Source of the DNA: Eledone cirrhosa
Taxonomy: Eukaryota
Assembly (NCBI GenBank): GCA_964016885.1
Contig: OZ024758.1
Coordinates: 17,298,001-17,362,000 of the forward strand
Direction: 5' to 3'
DNA length: 64,000 nt
The translations under genes and the position numbers were made by a program. Under the pieces are notes generated by a model. That model worked only from the letters and a program-made list of their open reading frames with translations. It was not told where the DNA came from and searched no databases. Every line of letters begins with the position of its first letter. Position 1 is the stretch's first letter. Shown in pieces: positions 52,875 through 64,000 of the stretch.

Positions 52875-53470
52875 TTAACCCTTTAGCATTTAAAGCGGAT
52901 GTATCCAGCCAATATTCTCTGACCTCTTTCTGTTTAAACTGGCTGTAACCAGCCGCTCATATTGATGTGAACCGTTTAGCATTTGCATTGCTCTAAATGT
53001 ACCATTGTATGTTCACAGTAAAGGCTTTAACTCACGTAATTATCTCACATAATATCGAATCTATGAGATTTTGATATTATTTATTTTGAGAACAGTATCT
53101 TAATATAAGTATGAGCAGCCAGTTTCAACCAGATATGGCTAGTTTAAATGCTAAAGGATTAAGGTATTGTTCTCAAAATATTAAAATTTTATAGATTAAA
53201 TATTATGTGAGATATTATGTAAGATAAAACCAGCCCCACACTGTAAATGTGGTTGGTGTTAGGAAGGGCATCCAACTGTAGAAAACCCTGCCAGATAGTC
53301 CTATGCGAGCAAGATAATCACTCTTGCCTCAAGTGGGAAAACCCCCGTCCAAACCGATGCAAGCGTGGAACATGGACGTTAAACGTTGATGATGATGATG
53401 ATGATGATGAAAGCCTTTACCAAGAAAATATAATAGTATATATAGAGCAATATAAATATTAAAGGGTTAA
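52875..53470 (+). mobile_element. MITE M1 with nested inverted M1 (~52969-53162) and a SINE 3' fragment (~53230-53410)
   Basis: Outer TIRs with TTAA; the inner copy sits at the internal GATGTTAAGG site of the consensus. Confidence 0.8.
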
Positions 53471-53546
53471 ATAAACTCAATATGTTTATTTAAAAAAACA
53501 TAAATCACTGAAGTTACTCAGAGGAGCATCCACTGAAAAAATATAG

Positions 53547-53772
53547 TTAACATTTTAGCATTTAAACCGGCCATATCCAGCCATAATTCTTTCAGCTCTT
53601 TCTGTTCAAAGCAGCCATAACCAGCTGCTCATACTAATGTTAAAATATTGTTCTCACAATAAACAGCATCAAAATCCCATAGATTCAATATTATGGGGGA
53701 TAATTATGTCAGGTAAAGCCTTTATTGTGAAAATATATTATATATAGAGTAATGTAAATACTAAAGGGTTAA
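53547..53772 (+). mobile_element. MITE M1
   Basis: TTAACATTTTAGCATTTAAACC...CTAAAGGGTTAA. Confidence 0.85.
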
Positions 53773-54523
53773 ATATACTCAAAATGTTTATTTAAAAAAA
53801 TAAATCACTGAAGTTTATCAGAGCAGCATCCATTGAAAAAGCTATATTTAAGCTAGTGCTAACATATTTAACACTTCTATGAATATAATCCTATTGAAAA
53901 ACAATGTCTATTGTATTCAAATAATTTTGAAAATAATCAAGTATTTGAGGAGATTTACTCATATAAGTAACTTTCTCATTATAAAACTGGTGTTTGGAAG
54001 AAAAGTTAACAAAGGCTCATACATAATAAATACTATTATGGAATGTTTTTTGATAATAATAAACATTCTAGAATAAACAGTTTCGTATCATAGAACCAAG
54101 GCAGACATTTTAGTATTAAGAGGTTTAATGCAGTGAGAATTCTGTTTTTCAGAGTTCTGATGATAGGACTAACATTAATAGGCAAAGCTAGTGGAACATC
54201 AAAGAAATGGTTGATGAGTATTTGAAAGAATTCCTATGTGATTACTGAATCTACATGTTTAGCAGCTGGTAGAAGTGTTTCTCACCATACTTCACAAATT
54301 TATCTTTGAGTGTAGATGCACTTGTGTGGTATCAGAATGATATATAGACTATATGTATCTAGACGTGTCAAGTATGTATGTGTATCTATGTATCTGTCTA
54401 TCTATTTATCTACCTACCTACCTATATATATCTATATATATACATGTCAATCAATATTCTTCCCCATCTATCTATCTATCTATCTATTTATCTTCCTCCC
54501 TTTCTATCTATTTAATCTATCTG

Positions 54524-55980
54524 TGAAGGTGCATGGCTTAGTGGTTAGAGCACTGGGCTTGCAATTGAGAGGTTGTGAGTTCGATTCTCAGACTGGGTGA
54601 TGTGTTGTTTCCTTGAACAAGACACTTAATTTCACATTGTTCCAGTTTACTCAGCTGTAGAAATGAGCTACGATGTCATTGGTGCCAAGCTGTATCAGCC
54701 ATTGCCTTTCCTTTTCTCTTGGACATCAACATATATAGTGTTTATATACTGTACACAATGTATATATATATATATATATATGTTGTATATATAATGTATG
54801 TATATGTTGTATATATATATAATGTATATATATAGTGTATATATTAGTTGTAATGTCACTGGTGCCAAGCTGTATTGGCCATTGCCTTTCCCTTGGACAT
54901 CAACATATAGTGTTTATATACTGTACACAATGTATATATATATGTTGTATATATAATGTATATATATGTTGTATATATATAGTGTATATATTAGTTGTAA
55001 TGTCACTGGTGCCAAACTGTATTGGCCATTGCCTTTCCCTTGGGCATCAACATATATAGTGTTTATATACTGTACACAATGTATATATGTTGTATATATA
55101 ATGTATATATATGTTTGTATATATATAATGAATATATATAGTGTATATATTAGTTGTAATGTCACTGGTGCCAAGCTGTATTGGCCATTGCCTTTCCCTT
55201 GGACATCAACATATATAGTGTTTATATACTGTACACAATGTATATATATATGTTGTATATATAATGTATATATATGTTTGTATATATATAATGAATATAT
55301 ATAGTGTATATATTAGTTGTAATGTCACTGGTGCCAAGCTGTATTGGCCATTGCCTTTCCCTTGGACATCAACATATATAGTGTTTATATACTGTACACA
55401 ATGTATATATATATATATATATGTTGTATATATAATGTATATATATGTTGTATATATATAATGTATATATATAGTGTATATATTAGTTGTAATGTCACTG
55501 GTGCCAAGCTGTATCGGTCATTGCCTTTCCCTTGGACATCAACATAGTGTTTATATACTGTACACAATGTATATATGTTGTATATATATAATGTATATAT
55601 ATATAGTGTATATATTAGTTGTAATGTCACTGGTGCCAAACTGTATTGGTCATTGCCTTTCCCTTGGACATCAACATATATAGTGTTTATATACTGTACA
55701 CAATGTATATATATATATATATGTTGTATATATAATGTATATATATGTTGTATATATATAATGTATATATATAGTGTATATATTAGTTGTAATGTCACTG
55801 CTGCCAAACTGTATCGGCCATTGCCTTTCCCTTGGACATCATCGGTGGCATGGAGAGGGGAGACTGGTATGCACGGGCAACTAGTGGTCTTCTACAAAAC
55901 AAACCATGCCTAGGCTTGTACCTCAGAGGGAAACTTTCTAGGTGCAAACCCATGGTCATTCGTGACGGAGTGGGGCCTTT
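54524..55980 (+). repeat. SINE B with internal tandem array (8 conserved blocks, ~130-180-bp period)
   Basis: Head 54524-54670; block TGTCACTGGTGCCAAGCTGTATTGGCCATTGCCTTTCCCTTGGACATCA at ~54674, 54854, 55001, 55160, 55323, 55493, 55625 and 55793; SINE tail 55840-55980. Confidence 0.9.
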
Positions 55981-55983
55981 AAG

Positions 55984-56026
<43 letters not shown>

Positions 56027-56157
56027 CTCCTTATCTATCTATATACCCACTTGTTGGTTTTTCTGTCCGATTGCCCGATGTCAAGTGAGTGGAATTTGGT
56101 AGGCAGAAATTGCAAAAGCCTGACAAATGTCTGTCTGTCTATCTACCTATCTATCCA

Positions 56158-57364
56158 CTTCCGATTCCTTTGGAAGAGGCGGGCTCCTTTGGTGAGAAGA
56201 TCCATCTGCTGCCAACACCCTTCTAACGGAGGGCTGGGGATGCCGTGGTTGACGATGCGCAAACACGCGCTCAGGCTGCGGCATCTCTACGTATTCCTCA
56301 CCGGACAACCGGTGTGGGCCCCGTTCGTGAGGCGAGCCTTCCCACGACTCGTCTCGCTGACCGAGCTGCAGTCCTGGGTCAAGCAGAGACCGAGGAAAAT
56401 GGGCGACTGGCACATTGAATGTGCTCAGGCGCTCACAGCCCTCTGGCAGGCGGACCCGGCGGTCAGTGGAGACTCCACTTCGTCATTCTATAGAGGGTTG
56501 GTCCGCAGCAAGTGCGACGACGCGCTCGGTGAAACTCTGGGCGTAGAGGAAGTTGAACTGGCCAGTCTGTTCGGTAGGACCTTCCGCCCGGGACCGATGG
56601 ACAACTTCCAAAAGTCCCTGGCCTGGCAGTGCTACCGAGGAGCTCTACCAGTTCGAGACAAGCTCTACAGACATGGGCGCCCGGGCAGGGACCCTGCAAA
56701 AAAGATCTGTCCGAGGTGCGTGCGAGACGAAGAAACCGTCGCGCACGCATTCATACACTGCCCGGGCATCACTGACCTGTGGGGCTATGTAGAACGACTA
56801 TTGTCGCGGGTGGGACCAATCCAGTTGACCACCGAGTCCATTGTCATGATCAAACCGCCACCCTCCTTCAAAAACGAAGGAGAGGCAGTTTTCCTTTGTG
56901 TGATAGCTATGGCGAAAGAGGTTGTATGGTGGACAAGGTTGAAAGGGCTGAGGTCAGACACCTTTCTCTCCGGCCAACAACTGATTCTTTTTTTCAAATA
57001 CCACTTTGGAAGAAGAATCAGGATGGAGAGAGAGGTGCTGTACCCCAGCAAGTTTTATGAAAGGTGGGTGAAAGTGGCGAGAATGGCCCGAGTGAATGGG
57101 CCTTCTCTCTATATCAGCCTGTAGGTTGAGGAAAAGGAGGAGGAGAGGAAAGGAGTACAAGCTCTTCGTACTCCTGGAGATGAGGGTTGCACATTTTTTT
57201 TCGGGGGTATGTGTTACCCATATAAACTGTCTCCCTCTATTGGGGAAAATCGACTAACTTTTAAATTCCATCTGTGATAACATTTTACACGTTTTTATTG
57301 TATGTAAACTTCCCCCTTTGTATTTGTCCCCTTCTTTTGTGCCCCTGTGGCTAATAAAGAAATA
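56158..57364 (+). mobile_element. 5'-truncated Tx1/L1-type LINE (ORF2 C-terminus, open to stop at 57124)
   Basis: FRFLWK..GGLGMP..LAWQCYRGALPVRDKL..CPRCVRDEETVAHAFIHC (CCHC, zf-RVT-like)..VVWWTR; 3' UTR with AATAAA at 57353-57358; TSD TATCTATCCA at 56148-56157 and 57365-57374. Confidence 0.9.
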
Positions 57365-57378
57365 TATCTATCCAGATA

Positions 57379-57530
57379 ATTAATTTTCATTTAGTCCAGA
57401 ATTAGCCGTCGAAACGGCTTGAGCTCAGCCGTCGGGGTCCTACTCGTTCCTATTACCCACTCTACTACCCTAAGTATTGAGTACTTTGGTGCGTTATGGT
57501 CCACCTCATTCCTTACCACATTTCCTTCAT
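57379..57530 (+). mobile_element. PLE-like terminal fragment with the 3' half of a hammerhead
   Basis: GAAA-CGGCT(TGAGCTC)AGCCG-TC; downstream part is the reverse complement of 48721-48788; flanked by TATCTATCCAGATA direct repeats. Confidence 0.6.
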
Positions 57531-58455
57531 TATCTATCCAGATAGATAGATAGAGACACATTTGACAGGCTTCTGCAATTATTGTCTGCAAGATTCAACT
57601 CGCTTGCCATTGGGCAACCCAAGGCTACAGGAGAAGAGGCTTACCCAAATTTCATTGTTATCATGGAACCAGTACTAATTAATTAGTGCTGGTTGCATGA
57701 TAATGTACCAACTATCTATGCAAAGAGGATTTTATTAGAAAGTGCTTTCAGTCATACAGACCATGCCAAAAATGGTATGTAAAGGCAAGAATAGGTCCCC
57801 TGACCTACCAAGCTGTGTACTTTGAAGATATTGGTGAACATATACCAGCATAGAACGAAGACTGTAAAATAATAATGTTGATGTTAAAATATGATACATA
57901 AAAGCACCAAACTCCCACTGTCACTGCCTACATCTGCCAGCTCTCCCCATCTCTCACTATTATGAGCAAATGGGGGCCCATGCACTGTCCAAGCCGCGGC
58001 CCTGGGGGACAGAATGGAGAAGGATTTTCCCCGGGAGGATGGTGAGGGAGAAATGCTGGCAGAGCCTTTTATAATTCTATAACCATGTACAAAAGAAAAT
58101 CTACCATCAGCTATAAACAAACATATTTAGTCAGAATATAAGAGTTGTAAGTTAAAGAAAAGCTTACTAAAAATGTATTTTTTTACTTGTCTTTATAGGT
58201 TATGTTATCTCAACATATGCTGACCTCTTACAAAAGTGCAAGATTTTGTTCTCTGACCCAGTGAACTATATCAATCTGTTGTATTTATAATACAAACACA
58301 CATACCTACCTACACACACATACACACATATATATATATTGGTAGTATATACATATGAATTATCATATATATATATATATATATAAATATATGTATATAT
58401 ATATATATAGAAGTATATGCATATATATATATATATGCATATATATATATATATA

Positions 58456-58501
<46 letters not shown>

Positions 58502-58769
58502 TATACATATATTCATATATATATATGTGTTTGTGTATATACATATATGTAATTATGCTTGTTTATGTTTACCATATGACATGAGCCTCTTTACCCACAT
58601 TAACAAAATAACAAAAAAAAACAAAAAAGAAACAGAGATGATTGATTAAATGACTGGTACAGTGATAAATACATTTTTTGTTTGGAGGAAATGTTTTGAA
58701 ACTGGAATTTAAATATCTACCTTTTTACACATTTTGTGTAAAGGAATAGAAATAATCATCTTAAACGTT

Positions 58770-58791
58770 GAGATATATATATATATAAATG

Positions 58792-58831
<40 letters not shown>

Positions 58832-59131
58832 GCATATACATATATATATATATATAAATGTATATATATACATATATAAATGTATATACATATATGTATA
58901 TATAAATGTATAAATATACATATATAAATGCATATACATATATGTATATATAAATGTATAAATATACATATATAAATGCATATACATATATATATATATA
59001 TAAATGTATATATATACATATATAAATGTATATACATATATGTATATATAAATGTATAAATATACATATATAAATGTATATACATATATGTATATATAAA
59101 TGTATAAATATACATATATAAATGTATATAC

Positions 59132-59179
<48 letters not shown>

Positions 59180-59899
59180 TATATATATACATATATATAT
59201 ATACATATATATATATACATATATAAATGTATATACATATATATATATATATATACATATATAAATGTATATACATATATAAATGTATATACATATATAT
59301 ATGTATATACATATATATATACATATATATACATATACATATATAAATGTATATATAAATATATATATATACATATATAAATGTATATACATATATATAT
59401 ATATATATACATATATAAATGTATATATACATATATATATATACATATATATATACATATATATATATACATATATAAATGTATATACATATATACATAT
59501 ATACATATATATATAAATGTATATACATATATATATATATACATATATATATAAATGTATATACATATATATATATATACATATATAAATGTATATACAT
59601 ATATAAATGTATATACATATATATATGTATATACATATATATATACATATATATACATATACATATATAAATGTATATATAAATATATATATATACATAT
59701 ATAAATGTATATACATATATATATATATATATACATATATAAATGTATATATACATATATATATATACATATATATATACATATATATATATACATATAT
59801 AAATGTATATACATATATACATATATACATATATATATAAATGTATATACATATATATATATATAAATACATATATAAATGTATATATGTACATAAATG

Positions 59900-59950
<51 letters not shown>

Positions 59951-60331
59951 GTATATACATATATATATATATATATATATAAATAAATGTATATACATAT
60001 ATATATATATATATAAATAAATGTATGTACATATATATATACATGTATATATATACATATATAAATGTATATATATACATATATATATAAATGTATATAT
60101 ATATATATAAATGTATATATATATATATATATATAAATGTATATATATATATATATATAAATGTATATATATATATATATATATAAATGTATATATATAT
60201 ATATATAAATGTATATATATATATATAAATGTATATATATATATATAAATGTATATATATATATATATATATAAATGTATATGTATATATATATATATAT
60301 ATAAATGTATATATATATATATATATACATG

Positions 60332-60374
<43 letters not shown>

Positions 60375-61250
60375 ATATATATATATTTATGTATATATAT
60401 ATATATTTATGTATATACATATAGAAATGTATATACTTATATATATATATATATATATATCAATGTATATATATATATATACATATATATATATAATTAT
60501 ATATATATATATATATATATAAATGTGAATATATGTGTGTGGAAATGCATATATCTATATTTATATATATATACTTATAGACACACATATACACACACAT
60601 GCTTTCCCTCTCTCCCTCCCTTCCTATTTATCTATACATATATCTATCCATCTATTTGTATATTTATCTATCTATCAACTATATATATATGTCTCTCTCT
60701 CTAGAGTGAGAGAGAGACAGGGAGATTCATGTGTGTATATATGTTTCGATAAGTATATATATATATATGTATATATATAAACATACATATATGCATTTAC
60801 ACACACACACACAGACACACACATACATACACAGAAGACATGTATATATATATATATATATAAATATATATATATGCATTTACACATGCACACAGTCACA
60901 CATATACATATAAATATATATATATATATATATATAAACATACATATATGCATTTTCACACACACACACACATATACATATAAATATATATTTATATATA
61001 AACATACATATATGCATTTTCACACACACACACACACACATATACATATAAATATATATTTATATATAAACATACATATATGCAATTTCACACACACACA
61101 CACACATATACATATAAATATATATTTATATATAAACATACATATATGCATTTTCACACACACACACATATACATATAAATATATATATATAAACATACA
61201 TATATGCATTTTCACACACACACACACTCACACACACACACACATATGCT
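58770..61250. repeat. Long TA/TAAATG/CA compound microsatellite
   Basis: Direct inspection; includes a 324-bp higher-order duplication. Confidence 0.95.
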
Positions 61251-61547
61251 CATATGGAAGAAAGAAGAAATAAAAATTTAAATAACAGCTTCAGAGAGAA
61301 AACAAGCAAGAGCAAATAGTAGCATAACAGAACATTTCTCTGAATTCTTTTCCATTGTATTTTTCCCTTATCATATGATTCTAGGCAGCCAAAGTTCAAT
61401 AATCAATTGAAAATAACCTTCACCCAACCAACTATTATTGTGATTGGCGTATCTGTATTAGAGAATATAACCACAACTGTTCATGTTTTTTTTCTCTTTC
61501 TTCCTGTATTTGAAACAGTTCTAGATTTGAATAATCATCAACATTCA

Positions 61548-62880
61548 TCATCATTAATTTTATGTCCGCTTTTCCCTGCTTGCAAGGATGGGACGGGAAC
61601 TGATTCTGGCTTGATTTCTACAGCTGGATGCCCTTCCTAACACCAACCTCATTTACAGTGAGTGCTGGGGGTTTTTTTTTGGCGTGGCACCTCCACGACC
61701 ACTTTGCAGTGGAATGATAGGGACCCCAACCTCATTTACAGTGAGTGCTGGGGGGTTTTTTTTTGGCGTGGCACCTCCACGACCACTTTACAGTGGAATG
61801 ATAGGGACCCCAACCTCATTTACAGTGAGTGCTGGGGTTTTTTTTTTTGGCGTGGCACCTCCACGACCACTTTACAGTGGAATGATAGGGACCCCAACCT
61901 CATTTACAGTGAGTGCTGGGGTTTTTTTTTTGGCGTGGCACCTCCACGGCCACTTTACAGTGGAATGATAGGGACCCCAACCTCATTTACAGTGAGTGCT
62001 GGGGGGGGTTTTATGGCGTGGCACCTCCACGACCACTTTACAGTGGAATGATAGGGACCACAACCTCATTTACAGTGAGTGCTGGGGTTTTTTTTTTTGG
62101 CGTGGCACCTCCACGACCACTTTACAGTGGAATGATAGGGACCCCAACCTCATTTACAGTGAGTGCTGGGATTTTTTTTTTGGCGTGGCACCTCCACGAC
62201 CACTTTACAGTGGAATGATAGGGACCCCAACCTCATTTACAGTGAGTGCTGGGGGGTTTTTTTTGGCGTGGCACCTCCACGACCACTTTACAGTGGAATG
62301 ATAGGGACCCCGACCTCATTTACAGTGAGTGCTGGGGTTTTTTTTTTTGGCGTGGCACCTCCACGACCACTTTACAGTGGAATGATAGGGACCCCAACCT
62401 CATTTACAGTGAGTGCTGGGTTTTTTTTTTTGGCGTGGCACCTCCACGACCACTTTACAGTGGAATGATAGGGACCCCAACCTCATTTACAGTGAGTGCT
62501 GGGTTTTTTTTTTTGGCGTGGCACCTCCACGACCACTTTACAGTGGAATGATAGGGACCACAACCTCATTTACAGTGAGTGCTGGGTTTTTTTTTTTGGC
62601 GTGGCACCTCCACGACCACTTTACAGTGGAATGATAGGGACCCCAACCTCATTTACAGTGAGTGCTGGGTTGTTTTTTTTGGCGTGGCACCTCCACGACC
62701 ACTTTGCAGTGGAGTGATAGGGACCACAGTCCCTATCATCTCATTTCTACAGCTGAGTAAACTGGAGAAATATGAAATAAAGTGTCTTGCTCAAGGAAAC
62801 AACACATCACCCGGTCTGAGAATTGAACTCACAACCTTTTGATTGCAAGCCCAATGCTCTAACCACTAAGCCATGTGCCT
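61548..62880 (-). repeat. SINE C containing a 13-unit ~83-bp tandem array (61645-62725)
   Basis: Unit CAACCTCATTTACAGTGAGTGCTGG(G)n(T)nGGCGTGGCACCTCCACGACCACTTTACAGTGGAATGATAGGGACCC; SINE tail on the left, tRNA head on the right. Confidence 0.95.
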
Positions 62881-62947
62881 CCTAATAATGAGACTAAAAG
62901 GTGGGGAGCAAATTATGTTAATAGTAATAGTAACAGTAGTAGTAGTT

Positions 62948-62984
<37 letters not shown>

Positions 62985-63019
62985 CAGTAATAATAATAAT
63001 AGTAGTAGTAGTAATAGTA

Positions 63020-63210
63020 ATAATAATCGTTTCGACTTTTGGCACAAGGCCAGCAATTTTCCCAGTGTATTACTGGTACTTTATTTTATCGACCCCTTAA
63101 GGATGAAAAGCAAAGTTAACCTTGGCGGGATTTGAACTCAGACTATAAAGGGGCGTAACTCTATGCTGCAACGCATGGTGTCTGACCCTCTACTGATACT
63201 GCCAATCCAT
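63020..63210 (-). mobile_element. SINE A
   Basis: Consensus match after (TAG)n/(TAA)n. Confidence 0.9.
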
Positions 63211-63404
63211 GATTTGTAGTATAGGCACAAGGCCAGTAATTGGGGGGGGGGGGGTCGGTTAAATCGACCCCAGTACATTACTGGTACTTTATTTTATTGA
63301 ACCTGGCCCTGTAAGGAAAAAAACGCAATGCTACAAACCATGGTGACCTACCATCTCCTGATGCTGCTGCTAATAATAATAATAGTAATAAAGTTAATAA
63401 TAAT

Positions 63405-63480
63405 GATTTCTTTATTAACCACAAGGGTTTACATAAAGTAGACACTAAGGACAGTGCAGGACAATACAGGACGGTACAAA
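63405..63480 (-). mobile_element. Short 3'-UTR stub of a Tx1-like LINE
   Basis: Minus strand ends CCCTTGTGGTTAATAAAGAAAT, compared with CCCCTGTGGCTAATAAAGAAAT at 57342-57363. Confidence 0.55.
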
Positions 63481-64000
63481 ATAATAATCTTTTAGTAAAT
63501 TACATTATGAAAACATATTAGAAAGAATACGTTAAGCAAATGGAATATCGTTTTTAAAAAATACATGTGCAAACATTTTCTTTTTCTACATGTTTTAAAG
63601 TATCTTATTTTTGATTTTAGTTATTTTTGTTCCTTTGTTTTAGAAAATTCTATTTCTTCTTTTGAGTGAATCTTTCTTCTTATTGCATCTATTTTAATTT
63701 TGTTATTTTTTTAGTTTTGTTTAATGTTTAAAAAAAAATTTTTTTTTATCTTTAGCATTATGTATGTGTATGTATGTGACTAACTATTTCTGTATGTATA
63801 GTTTTATGTGCATGTTTCTATATGTTATATGTATTTTGGAACACTTAATCCGTCTAGGTGCAAAGAGATGGTTATTACAGGGAATTTAATAGTAGGAATT
63901 TGTCAATACTAACAACATAATTACAAAACTAAATTTAGAAATTTTCCTTCAACAGGAGACTGGTTTCTTGATAAAAAGAAACAAAACTATGAAAAAAGAT

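Noticed and set aside
54674-55840. Repeat-spacer pattern resembling CRISPR
   Set aside because: Spacers are homologous TA-rich sequence and the repeats are a SINE B segment.
55832-56157. N-terminal part of the 430-aa ORF
   Set aside because: Chance read-through of SINE tail and (TCTA)n; only 56158-57124 is LINE ORF2.
57750-57862. Minus-strand exon with hydrophobic peptide (..SCLYIPFLAW) vaguely TSPO-like
   Set aside because: Short, stops immediately, has no partner exons, and the similarity is not convincing.
61645-62725. CRISPR-like regular array
   Set aside because: Units are wholly repeated with no unique spacers, derive from a SINE interior, have no cas genes nearby, and the context is eukaryotic.

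Overview
AT-rich eukaryotic DNA, very dense in repeats. The SINE, RTE and microsatellite landscape looks like an octopod cephalopod genome (inference). No complete host protein-coding gene is supported, and nearly all long ORFs in the track are (TA/CA)n translation artefacts. Real coding remnants are all from retroelements: several RTE-clade LINE 3' fragments (one 5'-inverted, one with a C4HC3 PHD-like finger next to the RT), a CR1-type fragment, a Tx1/L1-type fragment with a CCHC zinc finger, and a Penelope-like (PLE) GIY-YIG fragment. Non-coding elements include dozens of tRNA-derived SINEs of several families (one sharing its 3' tail with the RTE LINE), TTAA-flanked piggyBac-like MITEs, hAT-like MITEs, two non-autonomous Helitrons and two satellites that arose inside SINEs. 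The most interesting signal is a set of type I hammerhead-ribozyme folds with non-canonical cores. These are CAGAAGA in three copies with compensatory stem changes, UUGAAAA with a U3-A8 swap and palindromic stem III, and CAGUUGA. Several sit in long foldback insertions in (TA)n or next to the PLE fragment. Coordinates were read by eye, so repeat boundaries are approximate.
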